Source: Pedosphaera parvula Ellin514 | GTDB lineage: Bacteria > Verrucomicrobiota > Verrucomicrobiia > Limisphaerales > JADJPG01 | Direction of reading: 5' to 3' | DNA: 64,000 nt | Assembly: GCA_943332515.1 (NCBI GenBank) | Contig: CALQPR010000021.1 | Coordinates: 9,737-73,736, forward strand | Part shown: piece by piece, positions 1-8,905 of the stretch | How positions within the stretch are numbered: position 1 is the first letter of the stretch | Layout of the letters: the number at the start of each line of letters is the position of its first letter | The notes under the pieces: model-generated | Databases searched by the model: none | What the model was told of the DNA's origin: nothing | Seen by the model: only the letters and a program-made list of their open reading frames with translations | Translations under genes and position numbers: made by a program

Positions 1-103
1 TGTCGGCGATGCCGTCGACGGAGATTTGCGCGGAAGCATTGGAAGCCGCGACGCAGATCAGGCAGAGAGCGAACAGTGCACGGACGTACTTCTGATGGAA
101 CAT
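1..103 (-). CDS. 5' end of a secreted-protein gene that runs off the left edge (partial)
   Basis: The reverse complement of 101-103 is ATG. The translation MFHQKYVRALFALCLICVAASNASAQISVDGIAD has a basic n-region, a hydrophobic core and an ASA-Q cleavage-like site. There is no stop before the window edge. Confidence 0.4.
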   Translation of the reverse strand, partial: MFHQKYVRALFALCLICVAASNASAQISVDGIAD

Positions 104-167
104 AGTGGGTGATCAATACCATCGAACGGGCGGGCAAACCAGTGACATTTCGGCGGCATGCTCCTGC

Positions 168-995
168 TCATATCGGTTTGTATTCCACGAACTGCCGTGT
201 CACGCGCCCCTCCTTCGCTTCGCAGACGAAATAGCCCTTCTCCTTCGTCCCATCATGATTGGTGCGCTTGAGCGCGCAGCAGCGGTTGGTGGTGATGGTG
301 ACACCGGCCGCCTGGCGCTCGGTGAAGGAATGATAGTGGCCGTTAAACACGGCCTGGAGATTGAAATCGCGGAACCGATCCAGCAAGGCGTCGGCGTTCG
401 ACGGCCGATACATCACCCCGGCGCCCAGCGGGAAATGCGTGAACAACACCGTCGGCTTTCGCTTGTTCAGCCGCGGAAGGTAGTCACGCAACCACTCGAA
501 CGTCGCGGGCTGGATCTCCGTCTTCTCGTAGCGCAAGCCATCCGTCGTATCCAAGCCCACGAACTGCCAGCCTCGATGATGGATGTAGTAATTCACCCGC
601 AGCGGAAACGTCTGCGTATAGGCGCGGCGATCTCTCTGCGTCACGTAGTCATGATTCCCGAGCACCGGATACATCGTGCCCGGCAGCACCCTGAAAATGT
701 CTTTCACCGTCTCGTGATAATGACGCTCGCCGTTCTCGGTCAGATCGCCGCCGTGCAGGCAGAACTCCGCCTTCGCCAGTTTCATCTGCGCCACCACGCC
801 TTCGAGATACGGCCCGCACTCCTTGCTCATGCAATGCGTGTCATTGATGGAGAGGAAGCGGAACGAGCCGTCCGGCGTCTCGTTGCCTGCGCGCAAGGTG
901 CCCGGCCACAGTCCGAGCGATAGCAGGGTGCCCGCACTGAGCCGTTCCAAGGCGGCCCGTCGGTTGATCAACGCTGGCGTATTGTTCGTCTTCAT
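168..995 (-). CDS. Calcineurin-like metallophosphoesterase with a twin-arginine (Tat) signal
   Basis: ORF 168..1007. The ATG at 995 gives MKTNNTPALINRRAALERLSAGTLL (RR motif plus hydrophobic stretch). Phosphoesterase motifs GGDLTENG, LGNHD and NGHYH are present. The GTG at 1007 is an alternative start. Confidence 0.8.
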   Translation of the reverse strand: MKTNNTPALINRRAALERLSAGTLLSLGLWPGTLRAGNETPDGSFRFLSINDTHCMSKECGPYLEGVVAQMKLAKAEFCLHGGDLTENGERHYHETVKDIFRVLPGTMYPVLGNHDYVTQRDRRAYTQTFPLRVNYYIHHRGWQFVGLDTTDGLRYEKTEIQPATFEWLRDYLPRLNKRKPTVLFTHFPLGAGVMYRPSNADALLDRFRDFNLQAVFNGHYHSFTERQAAGVTITTNRCCALKRTNHDGTKEKGYFVCEAKEGRVTRQFVEYKPI

Positions 996-1060
996 GTGCA
1001 GGTTCACTTCTATGCCCTCTGCGGGCTTGCTTGTCGCGGAGTGATTCGCACTATGCCGCG

Positions 1061-1723
1061 ATGAGCAACAAAATCAATCCTCCGAAAAAGCGCGGCTGCC
1101 TCTTCTACGGCTGCCTCTCCCTCACTGTCATCGCGCTGCTCGCCATAGTGGCCGGCATCATCGGATACTTCGTGATCAAGAACGTCACCACGGGCTGGAT
1201 TCGCGACTACACCGAGACCGCTCCGGCGCAGATCGAGAAGGTCGAATACACCCGCGCCCAGACGGATGCCATGCAGAAGCGCCTCGCCACCTTCAAGCAG
1301 GCGCTCGATGGCGGCACCAATCTGATGGAGTTCATCCTCACCGCAGACGACTTGAACGCGCTCATCTCCACGCAGCGCGAGCTGAAGGACAAGCTCTTCG
1401 TCCGCATCGACGGCGACCAGTTGCGCGGCGAGATCAGCATGCCCTTGAGCGACCTCGGCCCGTTCAAGCTGAGCGGTCGTTACCTCAACGCCACCGCCAC
1501 CTTCAAGATCGCCCTCGCGAACGGCGCGCTCGACGTGCGTCTGCAAGATGCGCAGGTGAAAGGCAGGCCGCTGCCCTCGATGGTTCTCAGCGAGTTCAAG
1601 AAGAACAACCTCGCGCAGGAATATCAGAAAGACCCGAAGGCGGCTGCCGACATCGCGAAGTTTGACACAGTGCAAGTCACCAACAGCACCGTGCTCCTGC
1701 GCAATAGAGTGACGGCCCCGTGA
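1061..1723 (+). CDS. Hypothetical membrane-anchored protein
   Basis: ORF 1031..1723 (TTG). The ATG at 1061 gives MSNKINPPKKRG followed by one TM helix (LFYGCLSLTVIALLAIVAGIIGYFVI). I recognised no family. Confidence 0.55.
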   Translation: MSNKINPPKKRGCLFYGCLSLTVIALLAIVAGIIGYFVIKNVTTGWIRDYTETAPAQIEKVEYTRAQTDAMQKRLATFKQALDGGTNLMEFILTADDLNALISTQRELKDKLFVRIDGDQLRGEISMPLSDLGPFKLSGRYLNATATFKIALANGALDVRLQDAQVKGRPLPSMVLSEFKKNNLAQEYQKDPKAAADIAKFDTVQVTNSTVLLRNRVTAP

Positions 1724-1822
1724 GAGGTGCGAACATGAGTGGCGGGCAGGAGCAGTTGATTGCCCGGTGGATCGGGCGCCGGTCCGTTGCAGCGTGCCCA
1801 GTCTCAATCAGACTCAGGCTGC

Positions 1823-2488
1823 TCAGGGGAAGAGGAGTCGCTGGGGGACGGTGTTCGATGGGGGCAGAAGTGTGGTGGCCAGGTAGCGACTGGAGGTCCG
1901 CTGCACGCTGCCGTTAACAAGGGCTATGTTGCCTACGCCATTATGCCCCAGCTTTTTCGTCCATTGCATGGAGAGGTTGGGGATGAGTGTCACCGTTTGT
2001 CCGAGCGGTGCTGGCGTGAAGGAGACGTGTCGATCTCCATTGATGGCAGTTTCGCTTTCGGTTTCGGCAACTGACTTTGCCTCCAGATTGAGGAAATAAC
2101 TGAGATGGTTCGTGGTCAATAACTGAAAGTCAGATGTGGGACTTCGGCGATCAGATGGGCAAGCCAAGATTATGGGCGAGACGAGTTCGTTGGACAGGGC
2201 TTGATAGTAGGAAGCAATTCCACCGGCCACTAGCAGTTTAGTCATGTTCGGATCAGCGGCGGGGAGATTCGCGGCGACATGTTGAGGGTCGTGGTGATAC
2301 GCCCAACTTATTTCTGCAAGGGCGGTCTGTCTGAGGTTATTCATGCAGACGGTCGCCGAAGCGTTCATTTTTCCTCCACGACCAGTTGGTAACAGCAGAC
2401 AGATAAGAATGGCCAGAACGGCTATTACGCACAGCAACTCGATCATCGTCAGGCCGGTTTGTCGATTGTCGTGTGGAGTCAGTTTCAT
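1823..2488 (-). CDS. Protein with a prepilin-type N-terminal cleavage/methylation domain (orphan pseudopilin-like, DUF1559-type)
   Basis: The N-terminus MKLTPHDNRQTGLTMIELLCVIAVLAILICLLLP carries the G-LTMIE motif. The C-terminal HNGVGNIALVNG resembles the H-X9-DG motif of PVC pseudopilin-like paralogs. Confidence 0.8.
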   Translation of the reverse strand: MKLTPHDNRQTGLTMIELLCVIAVLAILICLLLPTGRGGKMNASATVCMNNLRQTALAEISWAYHHDPQHVAANLPAADPNMTKLLVAGGIASYYQALSNELVSPIILACPSDRRSPTSDFQLLTTNHLSYFLNLEAKSVAETESETAINGDRHVSFTPAPLGQTVTLIPNLSMQWTKKLGHNGVGNIALVNGSVQRTSSRYLATTLLPPSNTVPQRLLFP

Positions 2489-2602
2489 ATCGATGGTTCG
2501 AGGATGGTCTTCACAAAGTAAGACGAGCGAACCTGAAGCTCATTCCCGTTGAACCTGATTCCTGTCGCTGGCAGTCCCGTTGCAGACATCGTTCGAGGAA
2601 GA

Positions 2603-2657
2603 TTTACGTCTTACGTTTCACGTTTTACGCGTGAAGCGTAATTCGTAAAACGTAACG
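2603..2657. repeat. Nested palindromic TTACG-rich element (REP-like hairpin or possible terminator of the SMP-30 gene)
   Basis: TTACGTTTCACG (2611-2622) pairs with CGTGAAGCGTAA (about 2629-2640; one mismatch). CGTTTTACG pairs with CGTAAAACG. The element lies between two minus-strand genes. Confidence 0.4.
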
Positions 2658-2685
2658 CTCGCCGCCGCTCCACCTGCCCTTCGCC

Positions 2686-3609
2686 TCACGGAGGCGGGAG
2701 GAAGAAGAGCGCGCCTTTCGCCTGGGTTTTGCGGCGGAAGATTTTGTCGGAGGCGCAGGCGTAGATGTAGGCGTGGCCGGGCCCGGCGAAGGTGATGCTG
2801 ACGCAGCCTTTGGCGGTGGGCTTGGCGATGATGCCGCCGATGCGCCCGCTGGAGTCGAACATCTGAATGCCAATGTGGCTGGTCACATAGTAGCGGCCCG
2901 CCGCGTCGGTGGTGGAGCCGTCGCCGCCGGAGTCGGCTTTGTTCAGCGGCGTGCGCAGCGTCATCGTGCGCGCGCCGGCATCAAGGCTGCCATCGGCGCT
3001 CACGCGAAAGGTCCAGACGTTGGAGCCGCGATATTCAGAGACGGCGAGCGTGCCTTGATCGGGGGAGAGCGTGATGCCGTTGGGCGCATTGATGCCGCTG
3101 GCGCCGACGCGGATGTTGCCCTTCGCATCGACGATGATGACCTGACCTTTGCCGGTGTCGGTGTAATAGGCGTAGCCCTTGTGGGAGACGACGAGGTCGT
3201 TGGGCTGGGCGTTGTCCGCGAGGACGGTGATCTTGCCGGAGGGAACGTCCATGGCGATGAGCTGCTTCTTCGGCCCTTGCGTGCAGGCGTAGAGGCGGCC
3301 GTCTGGACCGAACTTGAGGCCGCTGCACTTGGGCGCGTCCTTGATGAAGTCGGAGAGCTTGCCGTCGGGAGAGATCTTTTGGATGGCGGTGCCTTTGCCG
3401 AGGTCGAAGAAGTAGAAGTTGCCCTCGGCATCGGAGCACGCGCCGTCGGTGAAGCCGAGTCCTTCGGCGAGGAGCTGCCAGTCCTCGCCGTTGATGAGGA
3501 CTTTGGAGAGGCCGTCGTCGCCGCCGAGATTTTGCGCGCGAAGCGGGAGAGCGAACTGCGTGAACAGGAGCGACAGGAGAGCGATGGCGATGTGGCGTGC
3601 GGGATTCAT
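2686..3609 (-). CDS. SMP-30/gluconolactonase/LRE-family beta-propeller protein, secreted
   Basis: ORF 2686..3657. The ATG at 3609 gives the signal peptide MNPARHIAIALLSLLFTQFALPLRAQ. Repeated propeller-like segments are present (NAPNGITLSPDQGTLAVSE, GPDGRLYACT, DAAGRYYVTS). Confidence 0.8.
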   Translation of the reverse strand: MNPARHIAIALLSLLFTQFALPLRAQNLGGDDGLSKVLINGEDWQLLAEGLGFTDGACSDAEGNFYFFDLGKGTAIQKISPDGKLSDFIKDAPKCSGLKFGPDGRLYACTQGPKKQLIAMDVPSGKITVLADNAQPNDLVVSHKGYAYYTDTGKGQVIIVDAKGNIRVGASGINAPNGITLSPDQGTLAVSEYRGSNVWTFRVSADGSLDAGARTMTLRTPLNKADSGGDGSTTDAAGRYYVTSHIGIQMFDSSGRIGGIIAKPTAKGCVSITFAGPGHAYIYACASDKIFRRKTQAKGALFFLPPP

Positions 3610-3750
3610 GGGCGCGATTGTGTGGATTCGGCGATGGCTGTCAAAGCCGGAAACCAAGCAGTGCGCGCGCGGTCAGTTAGGAGATGCCAGACAGACTCCG
3701 ACCTGATATAGAATGGCTCAACTCAGAAATCGCCGAACTCAACACAGCCT

Positions 3751-4743
3751 ATGACCTCGCGCCTTAGCAGTCTTTTCCAAGCCTCCCTCCGGCTTGTCAT
3801 GCTCGCGGCCTTGCCGACGTGTCTCACGGCGCAGACGCCGCCGCAGTTCATCGAGATCCGTCCTTTGACCAACAAGGAAGTCCGCCTCCAGCTCAACGCT
3901 CCCACCGGACGCGGCTATCGGATCGATGCCACGACGAATCCCGCTCAATGGTCGTCGCTCGTTACGTTGACCGGAGCCAACGTTTCGCTGCTGCACACGG
4001 ACTCGGCTGCGCCTTACCTCGCCACGCGCTACTATCGCGCCGAGCAATTGAGCATCACCAATCTGATCACGGGTGATCACATTCCCACGAGCGAAGGTGA
4101 CGTGGTCGTTCATCCGCTGTACCACGCGTCCACGTTCCTCGGCTGGAATGGCAAAGGCATCTACATCGACCCGGACGATGACGGCACCTACGAACCCACC
4201 TATCAGGGATTGCCGAAGGCGGACCTCATCCTCGTCACGCACTCGCACGGCGATCATTTCAGCAGCGGCAAGATCGAAGCGCTGCGCCGGACGAACACCA
4301 TCATCATCGTGCCGCAGTCGGTTTACACGGGCTTGAGCGCGGCGCAGAAGACCAACGCCATCGTGCTCACCTACGGTGGTTCCACGAATGTGATGGGGCT
4401 GAAGGTCGAAGCGGTTCACGCCTACAACAGCAATCACCCGCTCGGCTCCTCCGTTGGCTACGTCCTGACCATTGGTGGACAAAGGATCTATTTCAGCGGC
4501 GACACCGGCAACGTCCCGGAGATTCGCGCGCTGCCGAATATCGATGTCGCGTTCCTCTGCATGAACATGCCGTTCACGATGACGGCGAACGATGCCACCA
4601 ACGCCGTCCGCGCCTTTCGCCCACGCATCGTTTACCCCTATCACTATCGTGAAGGGTCCACGACCACCACGAACGCGGCTTACTTCAAGAAGGCGCTCGG
4701 CACGGACCTCGGCATCGAGGTGCGTTTGCGGAAGTGGTATTGA
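3751..4743 (+). CDS. MBL-fold metallo-hydrolase, secreted
   Basis: Signal peptide MTSRLSSLFQASLRLVMLAALPTCLTAQ, followed by the metal-binding motif LILVTHSHGDHF. Confidence 0.8.
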   Translation: MTSRLSSLFQASLRLVMLAALPTCLTAQTPPQFIEIRPLTNKEVRLQLNAPTGRGYRIDATTNPAQWSSLVTLTGANVSLLHTDSAAPYLATRYYRAEQLSITNLITGDHIPTSEGDVVVHPLYHASTFLGWNGKGIYIDPDDDGTYEPTYQGLPKADLILVTHSHGDHFSSGKIEALRRTNTIIIVPQSVYTGLSAAQKTNAIVLTYGGSTNVMGLKVEAVHAYNSNHPLGSSVGYVLTIGGQRIYFSGDTGNVPEIRALPNIDVAFLCMNMPFTMTANDATNAVRAFRPRIVYPYHYREGSTTTTNAAYFKKALGTDLGIEVRLRKWY

Positions 4744-4799
4744 GCGGAGGCGAGTTCAGGCGACCGAATCAGGCCGCGTGGTGGAAACTCCCGTCCCGG

Positions 4800-6254
4800 T
4801 CACGCCAGCATCTTGTGGATGAGCTCGCCGTGGACATCCGTCAGGCGGAAGTCGCGGCCTTGAAACTTGAACGTCAGCTTCTCGTGCTCGATCCCAAGCA
4901 GATGCAGAATGGTCGCGTGGATGTCGTGAACATGGCAGCGGTCTGACGCGGGATTAAACCCAAGCTCATCCGTCTCGCCGACGATCGCGCCGCGCTTCAC
5001 GCCGCCGCCGGCGAACCACATCGTGAACGCATCGATGTGATGATTGCGGCCGGTGGTGTCGCGGTTCTCGCCCATCGGCGTGCGACCGAATTCTCCGCCC
5101 CAGATGACGAGCGTGTCATCCAGCAGACCGCGCGCTTTCAAATCGTGGACGAGCGCCGCCTGGCCTTGATCCACCTCGCGGCAAACCTTCTCGAAGTCGC
5201 CTTCCAGATTCTCGCCGGGTCCGCCGTGGCTGTCCCAGTTCGTGTGATAAAGCTGCACGAAGCGCGAGCCGCGCTCGACGAGACGGCGGGCGAGCAGACA
5301 GTTCCGTGCGAAGGACGGCTTGTCCTTGTCCACACCATAGAGCTTGAGCGTCGCTGCGCTTTCGCCTGAAAGATCGATGAGCTCAGGCGCGCTGGATTGC
5401 ATCCGGTAAGCCATCTCGTAAGCGGAGATGCGCGTGGAGATTTCCTGGTCGCCGGTCTCGACGAGGCGCTTGAGATTCAAGTCGCGCACGGCATCGATGC
5501 AGTCGCGCTGACGCTGTGCAGTGACGCCCTTGGGGCTGGAGATGTTGAGAATCGGATCGCCGCTCCCGCGCAAGGGCACGCCTTGATACGACGTGGGGAG
5601 AAAGCCGCTGGCCCAGTTCACCGCGCCGCCGCGTGGCCCGCGCGGTCCGCTCTGGAGCACGACGAAGCCGGGAAGATTCTGCGACTCGCTGCCGAGGCCA
5701 TACGTCACCCATGAGCCCATGCTCGGGCGGCCGAACTGGCCGGAGCCGGTGTTCATGAAGAGCTTGGCCGGCGCGTGATTGAAGAGGTTCGCGGCGCATG
5801 ACTTCACGAAGGTCGCGTCGTCCACGATGGTCGCGGTGTGCGGGAAAAGGTTCGAGACCCACATGCCGGACTGGCCGTGCTGTTTGAACTCGCGCCGCGT
5901 GCCAAGCAGCTTTGTGCCGTGGCTGCTGCCCATGAACGCGAAGCGTTTCCCCTCGATGTACGACTGTGGAATGGGCTGACCGTTTAGCTCAACGAGCTTC
6001 GGCTTGTAATCGAACAGCTCCAACTGCGACGGCCCTCCCGCCATGAACAGGTAGATCACGTTCTTCGCCCGCGGCGTGAACATCGGCTGCTTGGGCGCCA
6101 TGGGATTCGCGAGATGCGCTGCGTCTGCGGCCATGGCGCGACGGCCATTCAGCAAGGAACCCAGCGCGATGGAGCCCAGCCCCAGCGCGCAGCGGCTGAA
6201 GAAATGGCGGCGAGTGGCGTGGTGCAGCGCGGCTGAATCGTGGTGTGAGTTCAT
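4800..6254 (-). CDS. DUF1501 (sulfatase-like) protein with a Tat signal
   Basis: ORF 4800..6308. The ATG at 6254 gives MNSHHDSAALHHATRRHFFSRCALGLGSIALG (Tat-like). The start overlaps the stop of the upstream PSD1 gene in an ATGA. This is the usual PVC partner of DUF1549/DUF1553 proteins. Confidence 0.85.
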   Translation of the reverse strand: MNSHHDSAALHHATRRHFFSRCALGLGSIALGSLLNGRRAMAADAAHLANPMAPKQPMFTPRAKNVIYLFMAGGPSQLELFDYKPKLVELNGQPIPQSYIEGKRFAFMGSSHGTKLLGTRREFKQHGQSGMWVSNLFPHTATIVDDATFVKSCAANLFNHAPAKLFMNTGSGQFGRPSMGSWVTYGLGSESQNLPGFVVLQSGPRGPRGGAVNWASGFLPTSYQGVPLRGSGDPILNISSPKGVTAQRQRDCIDAVRDLNLKRLVETGDQEISTRISAYEMAYRMQSSAPELIDLSGESAATLKLYGVDKDKPSFARNCLLARRLVERGSRFVQLYHTNWDSHGGPGENLEGDFEKVCREVDQGQAALVHDLKARGLLDDTLVIWGGEFGRTPMGENRDTTGRNHHIDAFTMWFAGGGVKRGAIVGETDELGFNPASDRCHVHDIHATILHLLGIEHEKLTFKFQGRDFRLTDVHGELIHKMLA

Positions 6255-8752
6255 TCGCGGGAGATGGTTTCGTCGAGGTTCAGGAGGACGCGGGACACAG
6301 CGGTCCATGCGGTCGATTCATCGCTGCCAGCGCGTTCGCGTTTGAGCAAGGTGATGAGTCGCGCTCGTTCGGCTGACGTTGGTGTTCGCGAGAGGCAGAG
6401 GCGGAACGCGTAGTCGATGCGCGCGGCATCCTTCGTCGGGCCTTCCTTGAGAATGCGGGCGGCGAGGGCTTGGGCGAATTCGTGGAAGGCTTCGTCGTTG
6501 AGCAGGGTGAGCGCCTGCAGTGGCGTGTTGGAGCGGAGGCGGCGGGTGCAGGAGCTGAAGCCGTCCGCGCTGTCGAAGACCATGAGCGCGGGGTTCGGCG
6601 TCGCGCGCCAGAAGAAGGTGTACATGCCGCGACGGTAACGGTCCGCTCCTGTGCTCGGTTTCCATTCGCGGCGAGACTGGCCGAGGTTCATCACGCCATC
6701 AGGCTGGGGTGGGAAGACGCTCGGGCCTCCGACATTTGCATTCATCAAGCCGCTGGCGGTGAGGCCGACATCGCGGACGATCTCGGCGTCGAGGCGCAGG
6801 CGGTTCTGGCGGGCGAGAAGCTTGTTGTTCGGATCGTTGATCGCGAGGTCAGGCCGGGCTTTTGAAGACTGGCGGTAGGTGGCGGAGGTGACGATGAGGC
6901 GGTGAAGGTGCTTGAGGGACCAAGGCTGATTGGCGCTTCGCGATGGTTTTTGTCCGCCCTCACCCCAGCCCTCTCCCCCAGGAGAGGGAGAAGAGCTTGC
7001 GCTGGTTGGTTGCATCAACTCACACGCGAGCCAGTCGAGAAGTTCGGGATGGGAGGGAGGCGAGCCTTGCGTGCCGAAGTCGTTCTCCGTCTCGACGAGT
7101 CCGCGCCCGAAGTATTGCTGCCAGACGCGATTGACGATGACGCGCGCGGTGAGCGGGTTGTTGGTGGCAACGAGCCAGCGGGCAAGGTCGAGGCGGTTCG
7201 CGTTGGTGACGGCGGAGAAGGAGTGAAGAATGGCCGGCACGCCGGGCGTGACCCTGGCGGCGGGGCGGGTGAAGTCGCCTTTGGTGAAGACGTGCGTGTC
7301 GCGCGGTTGCGATAGCTCGCGCATGACGAGCGTGGTGACGGGCTTGGGCTGGCCTTTTTCGAGCTTGGTAAGTTTGTCCGTGCGTTGTTTGAAATTGTCG
7401 TCGTCCTTGCTGAACGCCGCGTAGCCGAGGCGCTTTTGCTTGGTCGTTCTTTCGGCGAGCGGTTTCGCCATCGCCCGGCGGACTTCGGTCTTGAGCGCGG
7501 ACTTCTGTTCGTCCGTCAGCGACTGCTCCCACTTCGCGACGTCGCTGCCCTTGGTGTTCAAATAGCGTTCGAGGTCCGCCTCCGCTTCAGTCAGGGCTTT
7601 CTGAGATTCTGCCGTGCCCTCGGATTCGCCGGGGATTTCAAGCATCCCGTCCGGCGCGCTCTTGCCGTGGCCGTCGTCGATGGTGGAGTTGAAGAAGGCG
7701 TAGAACTGATAGTATTCGCGCTGCGTGAACGGGTCGAACTTGTGGTCGTGGCATTGGGCGCAGGCGAGCGTTGCGCCGAGCCACGCTGTCGCCGTGGTGT
7801 TCACGCGGTCCATCACGGACTCGATGCGAAACTGTTCCGGGTCGATGCCGCCTTCCTGATTGATTTGGGTGTTGCGATGAAAGCCCGTGGCGATCTTCTG
7901 CGGCATGGTGGCGTCGGGAAGAAGATCGCCGGCGAGTTGTTCAATCGTGAATTGATCGAAGGGCAGGTCGGCATTGAGCGCGTTGATCACCCAGTCGCGA
8001 TATTTCCAAATCGAGCGGGGCGCATCGACGCTGTAGCCGTTCGAGTCCGCGTAGCGCGCGGCGTCCAGCCACCAGCGGCCCCAGCGTTCTCCGTAGTGCG
8101 GTGAAGCGAGGAGGCGGTTCACCAGCGTCTCGTAAGCGTCGGCGTCGCGGTCCTTCACGAAGGCATCGACCTCCGCGAGGCTCGGCGGAAGTCCGGTGAG
8201 GTCGAGGCTGAGTCGGCGGATGAGCGTGATGCGGTCGGCTTCGGAAGAAGGTTTGATGTTCTCCTTCATGAGGCGAGTAAGGATGAAGGAGTCGATCTGA
8301 TTGACGTTTTTCGCTTTACGATTTACGAGCTGAGGCACGGCAGGGCGAGTGGGTGCGACGAACGCCCAATGGATATTCTTCTCCGGAGCTTCGTTCGCCG
8401 GGGCGATGGCACCGGCATCGATCCAGCGAGTGACGAGCGCGATCTGCGCGGCACTCAACGGCGGTTTCTTGTAAGGCATCCGCGAGAGTTTGTCGTGCGC
8501 TCCGGCGATGACTTGAACAAGCAAGCTCTCCGCGCTTTTGCCGGGTTTGAAGGCCGCGCCGTGCTCGCCGCCCTTGAGCGCGGCTGCCGGAGTGTCCAGC
8601 CGCATCCCTCCTTTCTGCTGGGAGGCACCGTGGCAGCGATAGCAGTGCTCAACGAGCAGGGGCTTGATGTCGCGGACGTAATCGGGCGCCGCGCCTTTCC
8701 CAAACGGGATGAAGGCGAGGAAACCAGCGAGAGTGAGCAGGGCCAACTTCAT
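6251..8752 (-). CDS. PSCyt/DUF1549/DUF1553 (PSD1) family protein with an N-terminal cytochrome-c-like CxxCH motif
   Basis: 833 aa with a signal peptide (MKLALLTLAGFLAFIPFG). It has CYRCHG near the N-terminus and a CAQCHDHKFDP motif. The size and the DUF1501 partner are typical of this family. Confidence 0.85.
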   Translation of the reverse strand: MKLALLTLAGFLAFIPFGKGAAPDYVRDIKPLLVEHCYRCHGASQQKGGMRLDTPAAALKGGEHGAAFKPGKSAESLLVQVIAGAHDKLSRMPYKKPPLSAAQIALVTRWIDAGAIAPANEAPEKNIHWAFVAPTRPAVPQLVNRKAKNVNQIDSFILTRLMKENIKPSSEADRITLIRRLSLDLTGLPPSLAEVDAFVKDRDADAYETLVNRLLASPHYGERWGRWWLDAARYADSNGYSVDAPRSIWKYRDWVINALNADLPFDQFTIEQLAGDLLPDATMPQKIATGFHRNTQINQEGGIDPEQFRIESVMDRVNTTATAWLGATLACAQCHDHKFDPFTQREYYQFYAFFNSTIDDGHGKSAPDGMLEIPGESEGTAESQKALTEAEADLERYLNTKGSDVAKWEQSLTDEQKSALKTEVRRAMAKPLAERTTKQKRLGYAAFSKDDDNFKQRTDKLTKLEKGQPKPVTTLVMRELSQPRDTHVFTKGDFTRPAARVTPGVPAILHSFSAVTNANRLDLARWLVATNNPLTARVIVNRVWQQYFGRGLVETENDFGTQGSPPSHPELLDWLACELMQPTSASSSPSPGGEGWGEGGQKPSRSANQPWSLKHLHRLIVTSATYRQSSKARPDLAINDPNNKLLARQNRLRLDAEIVRDVGLTASGLMNANVGGPSVFPPQPDGVMNLGQSRREWKPSTGADRYRRGMYTFFWRATPNPALMVFDSADGFSSCTRRLRSNTPLQALTLLNDEAFHEFAQALAARILKEGPTKDAARIDYAFRLCLSRTPTSAERARLITLLKRERAGSDESTAWTAVSRVLLNLDETISRE
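6954..6990. repeat. 37-bp palindromic repeat unit (CCGCCCTCACCCCAGCCCTCTCCCCCAGGAGAGGGAG) inside the PSD1 coding sequence
   Basis: It is identical to the reverse complement of 18717..18753. An internal hairpin forms (CCCTCTCC/GGAGAGGG). It is read in frame on the minus strand as ...SPSPGGEGWGEGG... Confidence 0.65.
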
Positions 8753-8905
8753 TTGCGGTGTTCAGGTTGGAGTCTGAAACACCGGGGCCGCTCCTGCCAG
8801 TATGGAATTCATGGCTCAACATTGTTGCTAACCCTCTTCCTGGAACATCCGACAGATCAAAGTGGCATGGCGTGGATGTCGTGTAGTCCAGCCAGCTTAA
8901 CGCGC

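Noticed and set aside
105-923. Plus-strand 272-aa ORF. Similar antisense ORFs occur at 1010..1807, 2773..3711, 3739..4644, 7385..8104, 9485..10162, 13915..14664, 23742..24809, 26981..27661, 28694..29350, 31397..32260, 35340..36044, 37609..38358, 38490..39413, 39882..40601, 45227..45958, 46592..47515, 53410..54066 and 59041..59853
   Set aside because: Each overlaps a better-supported gene on the other strand and has out-of-frame-type composition.
8290-8330. TTTTCGCTTTACGATTTACG inside the PSD1 gene, which resembles the TTACG palindrome at 2603..2657
   Set aside because: The similarity is short and no inverted partner is present. It is read as ordinary coding sequence (..VNRKAKNVNQ..).
8369-8905. 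179-codon N-terminal extension of the response-regulator ORF
   Set aside because: The extension is antisense to the 5' end of the PSD1 gene and is not protein-like. A canonical MKKILIVEDD receiver start exists at 8906.
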